A stretch of 64,000 bases of DNA from an uncultured Verrucomicrobiae bacterium. Lineage in GTDB: Bacteria > Verrucomicrobiota > Verrucomicrobiia > Limisphaerales > Palsa-1400. Position 1 is the stretch's first letter, and the number at the start of each line of letters is the position of its first letter. Location of the stretch: assembly GCA_963707025.1 (NCBI GenBank), contig CAVPOM010000010.1, positions 64,001-128,000 on the forward strand, written 5' to 3'. Below, piece after piece: positions 19,683-31,615 of the stretch. The position numbers were made by a program, and so were the translations under genes. Below the pieces are notes generated by a model. That model saw only the letters and a list, made by a program, of their open reading frames with translations, ran no database searches and was not told where the DNA came from.

Positions 19683-22059
19683 ATGGCCACAGAGACAACA
19701 ACCAATAGTGCGACAGAGGGGCTAGGACAGAGGGATTTTGGCATCGCCGACGGAACAGCCAGTCAAGCAACCAATCCCGTTGCTGCCCAAACTTCGCTTC
19801 AACAGGATTACAGGGAATCGAATACATCCCACCGAGCCTTTTCTGAGCAGTCATCGGCTGCATCATCTTGGGGCGGCCGTGAAACGCTTCAGTGGGCGGG
19901 CCTGCTGCTACTCGCCAGCTTTGTAACGGCGGCAATTGCATTCTGGGGCCGCAAACGCTGGAAAGGCCATCAAGTTGCAACACATCAGGCTCGCCTAGTT
20001 TCTGGCCAACAACAGCCCGAGGCTCTTAGCACCGTCAAGCCGTGGTTGCGGAAAGCCCTCGCGCAAGGATTGCTGATCCAGTTTGGCAATGAAACTGACG
20101 AACAGAGCCGCGCCAGAATCATTGCGGGACTACACGTGCTTGCGGCAAATACTTCGGAGAAGACGGGCATCAAGGTCGCCGATGTAGTTAAGCTTTCGTT
20201 TCAAGATGCTTCTCCCTTGGTTCGGCAAATAATCGTGGATCGGTTATTCAGAGATCCTTCCCCATCTATTGGGAAACTATTCGCAGAACGCCGTGCGATG
20301 GAACCTGATTCCAGCGTGAGGGTTTCAATTACGGATGGCCTGATCAGAGGGAAATTGCCTGAGCTTCAGGCAGCCAAGACCGCCGGAGATTTCGACCGCG
20401 CAAATGAAGTGGTGAGGGAACTTGAAGCTCTAGGATGGGATAGTGAGCAAGCCGCTTCGGAAATTGCTGTGCTTGCTCGTATGCAGCAGGAGGTTTGGGA
20501 ACAAGAACGCCTCGCACAGGATGAGGCAAAACGCAAATCGGCAGCCGCGTCCGCCCATCGCGCAGCCGAAGCGCTCTCAAAACGCAACTGCGACATGGCC
20601 GAAGAATTGGCGATGAACTCCCTCGGCGAAGATCCGCAGAATGAGCAGGCTCGAAACTTGTTGCGAGACTTGCCGCAGTTTCGGCGTGATTTGGACGAAG
20701 CGGAGCGTGCGCGTCAGTTGTCTTGCCGCAAGAGGGATGCCGCCGAACATCGGCAGCAAGCAGAGAAGTTTCTTACAGACCAGGAATACGAAGCAGCCAG
20801 TAGAGAATTGCTCGCATTGCGAGCGCTCGACCCAGACGACGTGTGGGCAGCCCAGAATCTTGAGAATTTGGCTGCCCTTCAGGAGACAGAAGCGAAGTTC
20901 GGAAGCCCAGGAAGCCTTAAACAAGCGGGATCAGCGTATCCGCGAGCTGCATCACGAATTGGAAGGTAAGTGGAAGCGCGAAGAATTTGAGGATGTCGAA
21001 AAAGCGGTTCGGGAACTGATCTCGCTTGAACCTCAAGAGCCGAGACACAGCGCGTCTCTCACTGCTGTTCTCGAAGCTCAACGGATTGCTGTTGCCAATC
21101 AACTTCACAGTCAAGCGAAAGAAGCCATTGGCTCCGGGAAATTTGACCTGGCTGACGAAAAATTGCGCGATTTGCTCATGACAGAGCCGGAGGCCACGAG
21201 GGCTAAAGGGCTTTACAATCAGCTCTCTGTGCTTCGGGAGATGCATAAAGAAGCGAAGGGCCGTCGCAGCGCAACGAGAAGGCAACACCTTGCTGAGGGT
21301 TGGAGGAGGAAAGCGCATATACTCATTGCAGAGGGCAAACATGAAGAAGCAAGAAAGGCCGTTAACAAATTTGCGGCGAGTTCGAGCGATGCTCCGGCTG
21401 CATCTTCCATGATGGTGCAAATTGAAGAAGCAGAGCGCCGCAAGAATGCCAACAAGATCAATCAGAAGGCGGCCCTGTTGCTTGAGGCAGGAAAGTTGGA
21501 CGAAGCCGAAAGCACCTTGCGCTCCTTGCTACCGTATGAGGACAACCCGACGCGCATTGAGGAAGCTTTGAAAGGACTATCCGTGCTCCGTTCTCAAGAA
21601 GCTGAGACGAGACTGCGGGAAACTGAAACGCAGAAAATGGACGAAGCGGCCAAAATGCGGAAAAACGTCATGGCTTTCATGCGCGAAGCTGCCTTCGACA
21701 AAGCTGAGGGTGAGCTGCGAGCACTCTTGGCATTGACTCCAGACGACAATCTGGAGCGACTGCTAACGGACATGCCCGAAGTGCGGCACAAACACCAAAT
21801 GTCCGCCGATGCCGCAAGCGAAGTGGAAAATCTCGCAAAAGCAGGAAAAACCTTCGAGAAGGCGCAGGAATTATTCGCAACAGGCCGGTTTGATGAGAGT
21901 GCAAAACACTTGCGTAAAGCAATTGCACTAGACCCATCCAATGAAAAAGCGGTAAGATTACTACGTCGGGTTTTTGAAATTGATCATTCAGCAGTGTCCC
22001 AGTCATCGCCATCCCGCACCAAACTGGATGCTTACGGCCAGATTGTGGATGGCGGTTAA
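19683..22059 (+). CDS. Membrane-anchored HEAT/TPR repeat protein ending in -DGG; frameshift near 20900
   Basis: TM segment WAGLLLLASFVTAAIAFWG, HEAT-like DASPLVRQ/EPDSSVR, TPR-like ALDP.N..A; two overlapping ORFs; start uncertain. Confidence 0.8.
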
Positions 22060-22078
22060 TCCTACAAATGGAGGCGAC

Positions 22079-23531
22079 TTAGAACCATCGGCGCATCCTT
22101 GAAAACCATTTGGCTGTAGTTCCATCCGATTCCAACGGCGGCAACGTCACCCGCCGAAACCCTCGTTCACAGTGGACGAGCACGCACTCGTGGTCGCGGA
22201 GATTGCGGAGCTTGTGCGGTTTGATTTTGTGTTCCTCGGTTTCGGTGTAATTCACGTTGCGCTTTCCGGCACTGTAACCCCATGAGCGTTTTACCACCCG
22301 CTTTTTGCCGATGAAATCGGCGGCTTGAACGGCATCGGCTTCGTCGGCGGAGCGGAAAATCATCCGGTTGCGAAGATTCAAGGTCAGGACTTTTGATTTG
22401 TCGTTGCCGAGCGGCGGAATAAGCGAAGTCGTGCTTTGCGCGGCGGCGACGATGGTGGCGCCCGCCTCGCGGATCACGTCCACGCAATTGTAATCGCTCG
22501 TGCCGTCTTCGCTGGCCGTCATAAACCGCTGCGCCTCGTCGGCCCAGAGGATGAGCAAGTTGTCTTTCGCGCGGTCGGCCTTGGATTTGTCGAAACGGCG
22601 CAAGGCATGATTGTAATAAAGCAGCTTCAGGAATGTGTTCACATAACGCCGTTCGGTCTGAAACTTTTGCGGCATGGTCGTGAGGATGATTTTGCCCTGG
22701 TCAATCGCCGAAAAATCAAACGTGCTTTCGCCGGTGCAAAACACTTCGGCAACTTCCGGCGTCAGGAAGTATTGCAGATAATTGCCGATGGTTTCGCGGA
22801 CGCCGCCAAATTGCTCGGCAGGTTGGGTGAGAAAACGGTCGAGAAAGTGTGCGTAAACGGCGGCCCGGCGCGGCGTTTCGAGGAGATTTTCAAGATTTTC
22901 CATTTCTTCTTCGAGCAGGTCGCCGATTGGACAACAATTCATACGCGTCGAGCAAAGTCACGGGGCGGTTCAATTCAAAGAGCATTTCGAGCGCGTGCGC
23001 GATGTGGGTCTGCGCCTGGCTTTTGAAAAAGCCTTTGTCCCCGCCCTGGCCAAGACTCGTGGCGGTGTCCACGATAAATTTGGCGTAGGTGGAGAATGGA
23101 ATACTGCGGTCGCCGGTCAGGTTGTAGCGATTCGGCGGCGTCCACTGCGCATCGGTGTCGTTTGCGCGGATTTGCAGATGAATCAAATCGTGTTCGCGGC
23201 CGTAGTGACGCGCCATCGCCGCGAGCGTTTCCCAATAAACGCCTTTTTCGTCAACGCACAACCCGCCCCATGTCGGTTCGTTTTGAAAAACTTGATGCGC
23301 CAGTTGGTTGATGCCGGAACTGGTTTTGCCAGAGCCGGTGTCGCCGGTGATGAGCCAGCCGCGACAAAATTGATTGCGTTTCCACTTCAGACCGCCGAGC
23401 CGCGCGACGCAGCCTTTGCGATTGCGAGGAACGAACAAAAGCCAAACTGCGATGAGCGCCAGAAGAATTCCGCCAGCCGCCAAGAAGTATTGCGGATGCC
23501 GCAACGCGAGCATGAGGTCTGGCGGCAGCAT
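22079..23531 (-). CDS. Type IV coupling protein (VirD4/TraD-like); frameshift near 22925
   Basis: N-terminal TM, ITGDTGSGKT, LWADEAQ, AAQS; adjacent to a MobF relaxase. Confidence 0.85.
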
Positions 23532-23559
23532 TATCGGGTCGAACGGAATGAGGTGAGTT

Positions 23560-23936
23560 TCATCGCCACGCCCTCCCGATGAGATAGCCGGCCAGCAACG
23601 CGGCGAGCGCGGCAAAGATCGCGGCGGCGCGGGTGATTCTCGACGGCACGGTAGCCGGTCGGCTGGCTTCGCAGCAGCTTCCAGCAAGGCCGATGACTGT
23701 TGTTGAAATGTCTGCGCCGCGCCGAGCGAGCTTGCGCGATGTCCGCGCGAAATTGCTCAAAGGACGGGAATTTCCCGGCGGCGAAGTTCATCCCAATGCT
23801 GCTGGTGGATTCGGAACAATTCGACAAGCAATATCACCGCGTCGTCTTCTCGCAGCCGATGTTTATCGCGCCACTCGGCAACGGCCTTGGTGAATTCCTC
23901 GTCGAAGTCCGGCGGCTGTGTGCTGGGCTTGGACAT
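23560..23936 (-). CDS. Small mobilisation-associated protein with C-terminal TM (frameshifted)
   Basis: MSKPSTQPPDFDEEF...; C-terminal AAIFAALAALLAGYLIG in another frame. Confidence 0.55.
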
Positions 23937-24631
23937 CACTTTGAGGGCAGAAGCAGGTTGGCGGCAGATTCAATTTCAGCGTAAAAGTTTCCGCTGCCAG
24001 GTTTGGAGTCGTTGCCGGTCGAGCAGGCTGAACGCGGGATGTTTCGCCGCTGCTGTGATGGTCAGATTCTCGGCGTTAAGCGCCTCGACCAGCCAGTCCT
24101 GCATCCGGGTCATGGTGATTTCCCGTCCGCCGAGCTTGTCTTTGAGCAGCGCGCGGACTTCGCACGATTCAAAGATCGTGAAACTGTCGCTGTGCGCGGC
24201 GTTGCGGACGACGACGTAACTGCACTGGTTTCCGAACTCGTCGGTCAGCCGTTGGATTTGTTCCACGCTGTCCGACTCGTGATTCACCGGCATGACGAGC
24301 GTGAGCTTTGCGCCGAGCGCGGACAGCACGGCGAACAGGTCAATTTCGGCGAAGAAATCAATAAACAGGTCGGTGGACGCGGCGCGGCAATCCATGACGA
24401 CCAGATTTGCCTTTTCCAACGCGGCGAAAATGGCGTCAAGCGTCGCGCCGTTTGGACAAGTCGAGGAAGCGCGTGTCGGGATGAAACCGTTTCAACGTCG
24501 AGTTCTCGTTGTCGCTGTCAATCGCGACATGGGCGATGCCCTTGTCTTTGAGGATACTGGACGAAGTTGACGGCGAAGAAACTTTTGCCAACGCCGCCTT
24601 TGCCATTAAGGATGAGAATCAGTCTTTTCAT
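23936..24631 (-). CDS. ParA/MinD (StbB-like) ATPase (frameshifted)
   Basis: Manual translation MKRLILILNGKGGVGKSFF (deviant Walker A)...IDSDNEN; continues into ORF 23976-24419. Confidence 0.8.
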
Positions 24632-25038
24632 TGTATTGTGGGTTGAGTTTGCGGATTTGGGCGATGCGCGGTCCGCGTGGACGATCTGCGGCAGCCTCGG
24701 AGTTCGGGCGGCTCGCCGGGCACAGTGGTGGCTGGCGCAGGGAGAACGAACTTGGTTTCACCTTGCGGTTCGACGGCGGGAGGCCGTTTCCTGGGAGTGC
24801 GGCGGTGTGGCCGGATGTTTTCGCCCAGCACTTCGTGACAGAAATCAGCAATGGCCGTCTTGCCGGCTGGCAGACAATGTTGCGTGAGCAATTCAGCGAT
24901 GGCACGGTACGAAGCCCGTCTCTGCCGCAACTCGACGATGACATCCTTGGCCGGCAGCAAGTTCTCGAACTTCTGTTGGTGACGCGGCGTAAATTCCGAC
25001 ACCGCTTTGCGGACATTGTTTGGATCAAATGCGGACAT
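24628..25038 (-). CDS. Putative DNA-binding (StbA-like) protein
   Basis: IVELRQRRASYRAIAELL HTH-like segment; first gene of the ParA/T4CP operon. Confidence 0.55.
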   Translation of the reverse strand: MSAFDPNNVRKAVSEFTPRHQQKFENLLPAKDVIVELRQRRASYRAIAELLTQHCLPAGKTAIADFCHEVLGENIRPHRRTPRKRPPAVEPQGETKFVLPAPATTVPGEPPELRGCRRSSTRTAHRPNPQTQPTIQ

Positions 25039-25440
25039 ACGCGGATAATGTCTGGAGATGAATCGTCCGCAGTGCGGACGCGATGCAACCGTGACCCGGA
25101 CATTTGACGGATTCAACACGGTCGCGGACTGTCCACGAACACGGACTGGATACGGTCATGGACTGTGCGCGGCTGCGGACTGGACGCGGACACGGATAGT
25201 TTGCGGACGTGGACTGGTCACGGACGGCTTCGGCCCGGACAGGGACGCGGACAGGGACTGACTGCGGACGCGGCTGCGGGCATGGCCAGGACACGGTTAC
25301 GGACTGGACACGGCCACGGGCGTGGCACGGATGCGGACTGGTTTCGGACTGGACGCGGTCGCGGACTGGACACGGCCACGGCCGGCTGGCCGGGCTATTG
25401 CGCGGACATTCCGCGTCCAAACCGCGACCACTTCGCGGAC
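25030..25440. repeat. Degenerate ~6-bp-period repeat array (GCGGAC/TGGAC/CACGG)
   Basis: Exact repeats CGGACTGGACACGGCCACGG at 25300 and 25362, and CGGACTGGACGCGG at 25176 and 25345. Confidence 0.85.
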
Positions 25441-25481
25441 TCAAAAACCTGCCTCCCGGCAGGAGTAAGGCGTGCCCTGTC

Positions 25482-25736
25482 TTAAACATGATGAGAAACA
25501 CATTGCCTCCCTTGTTGCAGCAATTCATTACGCCAGGATTCCAATTGCGCGGCGACAGTTTCGATGCGTGTAGTTTGTTCAATCGTCCGGGCTTCAATGT
25601 GGCCAGGTTGTTGGTCGTGAAGCTGTGAGTCGGACAATTCGATCATCGTGTTGACGGCGTTGTGATTGATGTGTTCGCCAAATTTTTTGAGCACCTCGAT
25701 GGCAGTGCGAATTTGGGCTGTGGATGGTGTTTGCAT
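25482..25736 (-). CDS. Hypothetical protein (84 aa)
   Basis: ATG ORF, helical, co-oriented with its neighbours. Confidence 0.6.
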   Translation of the reverse strand: MQTPSTAQIRTAIEVLKKFGEHINHNAVNTMIELSDSQLHDQQPGHIEARTIEQTTRIETVAAQLESWRNELLQQGRQCVSHHV

Positions 25737-25746
25737 AATCAGATGT

Positions 25747-26025
25747 TCAGATGCGGATGCCGTGAGATGGTTTGTGCGCGAGTTCTTGCCGGTGTCCTGG
25801 TCGGCGTTTGGAAAGCCACTGTGCCCGTCTCAATTCAGTTGCCGCGACCGGATGTGCCCACGGTTCACTGAATCCGAGTCGGGCGGCTCCTTCCTCGGCT
25901 GCGAGCTTTGTGGGAGCTTCAACCACGGTGCGAAGTGGATCACCCATCACGCGGGCATATTCCCGGTCGGTGTGGTAAATGCCCCACAGTTGGTTGCCCG
26001 GCTTCAGAGTCGCGGTCGTGCTCAT
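25747..26025 (-). CDS. Hypothetical protein (92 aa)
   Basis: ATG ORF divergent from the relaxase. Confidence 0.6.
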   Translation of the reverse strand: MSTTATLKPGNQLWGIYHTDREYARVMGDPLRTVVEAPTKLAAEEGAARLGFSEPWAHPVAATELRRAQWLSKRRPGHRQELAHKPSHGIRI

Positions 26026-26106
26026 GGAGGCAGTTCATCATAATCCGAGGGAGCAATGGTGTGTCAGGCACACAATGACCGCGCACAGTCCGTGTAATGT
26101 CCGGGT

Positions 26107-28959
26107 GTGGTTACGGCAAAGACACAATACAACCTGAAAAACGCGCGGGAATACTTCGAGGAACACCTCTGCGTCGGCGATTACTACGATGAAGGGCAGC
26201 GCGTGGCCGGCGAATGGGTTGGCGTGGGGGCGGAGCGGCTCGGATTGGCCGGAAAAGTCCGCGCCGATGATTTTCTGCGGTTGTGCGAGAATCAGCATCC
26301 AGCCACTGGTGAGAAATTGACCCACGGAATTGAACACCACGCGGATTAAGGATGGTCAGACCGTGGCCAACCGGCGGATATTTTATGACTTCACATTTTC
26401 CCCGCCGAAATCGGTTTCGCTGGCGGGCTTCCTCGGCGACGACGAGCGGATTTTCAAAGCTCACGACCGGGCGGCGCGAGTGGCGTTAAAAAACTTCGAG
26501 GACTTCGCGGCAACCCGTATTCGCATTGGTGGCGCGCGTAGTGAACGGCTGACGGGCAATTTTGCCGCCGCGTTGTTCACCCACGACACCTCACGCGCGC
26601 TCGACCCGCATCTGCACACGCACTGCATTGTTTTCAACGCCACGTTTGACCCGGTGGAAAACCGCTGGAAGGCGTTGGAAAATTACGAACTTCTTGCGCG
26701 CCCGAAAATTTGCCGAGAATGTCTATTATCACGAACTCGCCCGCGACCTTCGGTCTTTCGGCTACCAGATACGAAACCGGGCGCGCGGTGATTTTCAAAT
26801 CGAAGGCATCTCTGAAGAATTGTGCGAGCGATTTTCCAAACGGCGTGGACAAATTGATGCGGCGCTGGCCAAATTGCTGGCCGAAAAACCAGAACTCAAA
26901 GCTGGCAACATTGCCGAATTGAGGTCACGGCTTGCAGAATCAGAGCGAACTCGAAAGCAAAAGACATTGAGCCGCGATGAACTTCGGGCGTTGTGGGATG
27001 CGCAATTGAGCGAGTCTGAACGTGCGTTCATGCACCAGCTTCCAAACCAACCAGCAGTCAAAGTGGAGGAACAAAAACCTGTCAACGTCAGTGAAGCCGT
27101 GCAGTGGGCGGAGGAACATTTGTTCGACCGCAACTCGGTCGTGCTGGAATGTCAGTTGTGGCAGGAGGCATTGGGCCGGGCGCGTGGTGAGGGTTTTTCC
27201 GTTTCCGATCTCAAGGAATTCACCCAGCGGCGTGGCTATATCCGGGACGAAGCGCGTCCAGGCGAAGTGACTCTGCGTGAAGTTCTGCTGCGCGAATGGG
27301 AAATCGTTCAGACCGCGAAAGAGGGCGTCGGGGATTGTCTCCCGCTGGTGTGCGAATCCCCGCCCGGCGAATCCGCAACTCGACAATGAACAACGCCAAG
27401 CCCTCGAATCCTTGCTGCGTTCGACAAATGGCGTTTCTGTTTTTCGCGGCGGTGCGGGCACGGGCAAAAGTTTTGTCCTGCGCGAACTGGTGGAGCAACT
27501 GCGGCAGTCTGGCCGGGGCGTGGTCGTCCTCGCGCCGCAACGTCAGCAAGTCGTGGAAATGGAGAAGGCCGGATTTCCGTCGCCAACGACGGTCGCCAAT
27601 TTTCTCATCAAGCGTGAACTGGCTGACAGCGCCGTCATCGTGGTGGACGAAGCGGGGCAGATTGGCGGGCGGCAGATGTTGGAGCTTGTCCGGTTGATCC
27701 ATGAGCGACACGGACGGCTGGTTCTCTCCGGCGACACGCGGCAACACGGAGCGGTTGAGGCTTCGGATGCGCTGCTTGCCATCGAACGCCATGCCGGCGT
27801 GAAGCCGGTCGAACTGCACAAGATTCGTCGGCAAGACCCGGCGCTCGGTCGTGATGACGAGGAACGCAAGCGCATCAGGCTGTATCGGAAAGCGGTCGAA
27901 GCGGCGGCGGCTGGCAAGTTGGGCGATTCGTTTGAACGCCTCGACAAAATGGGCGCGATTGTCGCGTGTGGCATTGGCGAACAAGCCGACAAGCTCGCCG
28001 ACGAATATCTCCGGCTCGCGGAGCAAAACGCTTCGGCGGTCGTCGTCTCGCAAACTTGGGGCGAAGTGCATCGCGTCAACTCGCGCGTGCGTGATGCGTT
28101 GAAAGGAAAAGGATTGCTCGGCGCGGCAGACTCGGCGGTTCAAGCACTGGAAAGAATTGACCTCACCAACGCGCAGAAGCGCGATGAGCGTTTCTATCCG
28201 CCAGATGCCGTCATTGTTTTCAATCAGAAAGTCCGCAATGCCGAACCGGGCGCGAAAGGCAAGCTGGCGGGCATTTTGAAATCGAGCGTGCTTGTTGAAG
28301 TCGGCGGGAAATTCGTGACGGTCTCGAACCGATTGCTCGACCGCATCACGGTCTGCCAGGCGCGCGAGCTTTCTGTCGCTGATGGCGACCGTCTGCATCT
28401 CAAGGCCAATCGCAAGCTGGCGTCAGGCGGGCGCGTCACCAACGGTGAACTCGTCACCGTGAAATCTGTCCGCGCCGATGGCGGAGTTGAACTGACTGAT
28501 GGCCGCGTCTTGGACAAAACATTCCGTGAATTTCTTCCCGGCTACGCGGTCACGTCCTACGGTTCACAGGGCAAAACCGTGGATTACGTCCTGTTTTCCG
28601 ATTCGACGGTCAAGCCGGCAACGAACGCGCAACAATGGTATGTGACCATTTCGCGCGGGCGGCGCGGCATCCGCATTTTCACGCCGGACAAGCAGCAACT
28701 TCGTGAGAATATCACCCGCTCCGGTCATCGGCCACTGGCGATGGAATTTGCGGCCGGTTCTGTCCCGCGCGGACAGCATCGGCTTTGGAATCGGCTGCAC
28801 GGTTATCTTATTCGCTTCGGTCGTCGAGCCGCCGAACGAATTTTCCGTCTCCATCTGGCTCAACAACATCAACCAAAACATCAAACCATACAAAAACATG
28901 AGCACAAAAACACCCGAATGTTGGGCCAGCGACCCACAGGCACGCGGATTACGCATTGA
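26107..28959 (+). CDS. mobF: MobF (TrwC/TraI-like) relaxase-helicase; frameshifts near 26322, 26695 and 27352
   Basis: EYF..GDYY, DFTFSPPKSVS, HDTSRALDPHLHTH; helicase motifs GGAGTGKS, VDEAG, GDTRQH, SQGKT. Confidence 0.95.
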
Positions 28960-29242
28960 AGTAACGCCAGAGCGTTCACTGTTGTTGCCGCACAATCATT
29001 TCATCTTTGCGGAACTCGACAGTGGCGGCGACGAGCAAAACCTCAAGCTCGTCTTCACCACGCACGAGATTTCCGTTCGCGGCCATCATTTGCGGCGGAT
29101 TGAAACGGTCATGCAGCGGATGGAATTGTCGCTGCTCGCCAAGTTGCCAAGCAATCAGCGGAAGCTCATCACGGAAGGTCAGCCAATGGTGTTGGAGATT
29201 GAGGTGACCGAAACAACTGATGCCGAGAAGAAGGCAAAATGA
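28898..29242 (+). CDS. Hypothetical protein downstream of the relaxase
   Basis: ATG 28898, MSTKTPECWASDP... Confidence 0.7.
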   Translation: MSTKTPECWASDPQARGLRIEVTPERSLLLPHNHFIFAELDSGGDEQNLKLVFTTHEISVRGHHLRRIETVMQRMELSLLAKLPSNQRKLITEGQPMVLEIEVTETTDAEKKAK

Positions 29243-29371
29243 ATCGTTGAGGTAAATTGAAAATCTAAGGAGGAAGCCCCGTTTCCTCAGCAACCAAATG
29301 AGGCGATTTGTCTGGCCGGTTTCCGAGTGCCGGGCATCTCACAAATGACTATGAGCATGTAGCGGGTAAAT

Positions 29372-29863
29372 TCAGATGGAAGCAATACGGTCGTAAATCG
29401 CCAGTAAAATTGGGAACGCTGACGCCGAAAGGATATTGCCAATCAATGAAGCGAGCAGACATTTGAAAATTGACGGTGATGCCAGGTTAGATTTGGCCGA
29501 TGGGACAAACCGGCAAATCAGATAAATCAGGGTTCCCTCGACCACCACCACCAACCCTTCGCCAATTCCTACGGCGAAAGCCGGGCGCATATTTTGTTCC
29601 AGCCAAAGGAATCCCAGAAACGCCGGATATGTGAACAGATGAATGCCGACGAGCCATAAAATGAAGAAGCGTGGTTTTTTTGAACGCCAAAGCATCAATA
29701 AAATACAAACCACCTCCAACAAGATGGCGCAGACGATCAGGAAAGTGATTTCCGGCGTGAGAGGTTTTTCGGGCATCTCAATGGGGTTGGCACTCGCAGA
29801 AGCAACCGGAAGAAATGCCGCAGCGAGAAACGCCAGACGCCGAAAGTAATTTTGCGTTTTCAT
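29372..29863 (-). CDS. Membrane protein
   Basis: Signal peptide plus about four TM segments. Confidence 0.75.
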   Translation of the reverse strand: MKTQNYFRRLAFLAAAFLPVASASANPIEMPEKPLTPEITFLIVCAILLEVVCILLMLWRSKKPRFFILWLVGIHLFTYPAFLGFLWLEQNMRPAFAVGIGEGLVVVVEGTLIYLICRFVPSAKSNLASPSIFKCLLASLIGNILSASAFPILLAIYDRIASI

Positions 29864-31477
29864 TTTATTCCAGCTTTGGCGGCGGCTGCGGGATCAATTT
29901 CTTTGAGCTGATTTGTCGCACTCAGCCGGACATCTTCGTTGGGGTCGTTCAACAATTTTACAAAAATTGGAATCGCCTGTTGGCGCCATTGGGGAAAATC
30001 TTTGCCAATTCCATCCGTCAAATTATTGGCGGCTTCACCGCGAACTTCCGGAAACTGGTTGGTCAATCCCTTGAACAGAATTGGCATGGCGTTTGATCCC
30101 GTTCCAACCGTTGCAAGCATGGCAAACAAGGCGGTGTCCTGATTGGTGCCGTCCATGAGCGACTGCAATGGCGGAAGCGCCGGGTCGGCGTTTTCGCCCA
30201 AAGTGATGAATGCCCTGACGGCATCAATGTTGACTTCGGGAGGCGCGCAGACCAAAGGGTGGTTGCAAATAGACGATTCGTTTAAGCAATGCAGGTATGG
30301 CATTCGTTCCCATCTGCTGGAGTGCCTGTTTCGCCTCTTCTGGAAAATGCACCGTCGTTATCGTGCGACTTCAGCCATTCTCCCAGGCTCTTTGCCTTCA
30401 AAACGGGGATCATCCGAAAACTGGGACTCCATCGGATGCTCGGCCTGGTATTGTTTGGTAATCAATTCTCTGGCCCTGCGAGCCAAGGCCGGATCAGGGT
30501 CTGAAGCCGACTGTTGCATCGCCGCTTGAATCTCCAAATTGGTCGCCGGGTATTGGTTGAGCAATTCTACGGATATTTTTCGCCGGTGGGAATCGGCAGA
30601 CCGAAAATTTTCAAAAACGATGGGCAGGGCTTTGTCCGGCGCGATGGCCACCAAGGTTTTCAGTGCCTGATTAACTGTATTCGGACTTCCATGTTCCACG
30701 GCGTTGCTCAAATCTGGAAATGCCCGCATGGCGTTGGTTCCGAAATTTGCCAAAAACTTGGCGGCCCATGAGGCAACGGTATCCTGTTTGTCTCGCAACG
30801 CTTCAAGCAAAAGCGGTATGGCTAAATCTGGTGCCTGGGTTTGCAGGCCGATGCCCTGCACGGCGGCGAATCGGACCGAACCATCAGGGTCTTCGAGGCA
30901 TTCCCGCATCTTTGCGAGATATACTTCGTCATTATCCGTCACCCACGCGAATTGCTGGGTGGCAAAATAGCGAACCTGAACGCTCTGGTTGGTCAACGCT
31001 TGGGACACGGACTGGCTCGGCGGGTGGACCGACCGCGATCAGACAGCGCACGGCAACGAAGGCGTGCTCCTTGTCATTCAGAAGTTTTGTCAATTCGGCG
31101 ACGGCGGGAGCGGCATTTGTTTCCAAGGCTTCGAAGCCGGCGATGCCAAGTTGCTGCCAATCCTCCGCCGAACGCCAATGCAGGAAATCAATTCTCAGCT
31201 TTTCGCGCTGTCCGATGAGCCAGGTGCTGACGGGGTCTTCCTTTGTTTCAACCAATTTCAATAACACCGGCACGGATTTCTTTGCGCCAATCGCACGAAC
31301 GGCCGCTTGCGCTTCCGATAGACGTTGAGTTTCGTTCAGCGGCGTGTCGTAGCATTGCTGCAACCAACTGCTTAATGACCGTCCCTGATAACGCGGTTCG
31401 CGTGGAAACAGCAGCAGGCTGACGCCGCCCAAAGCCAGAACCAGAGCGATGAAGAAAAATATGCGTTTGGTCTTCAT
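29860..31477 (-). CDS. HEAT-repeat protein with N-terminal anchor (frameshifted, three ORFs)
   Basis: YQGRSLSSWL after the anchor; repeated L.D.D..VR..A HEAT units. Confidence 0.75.
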
Positions 31478-31615
31478 CTGATTTTAATTTCAAACATGGT
31501 TGTGACGCTTCCGCATCATGTTTGCAAGTTGAATGTGACAAATAATGCCGAGTTGAAAAATAAAAAAAGGCGATTCTTCAATGTTTTGAAGAATCGCCCT
31601 GTGTGCTCGGCATTA

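Noticed and set aside
25030..25440. CRISPR array
   Set aside because: No constant repeat with unique spacers and no cas genes
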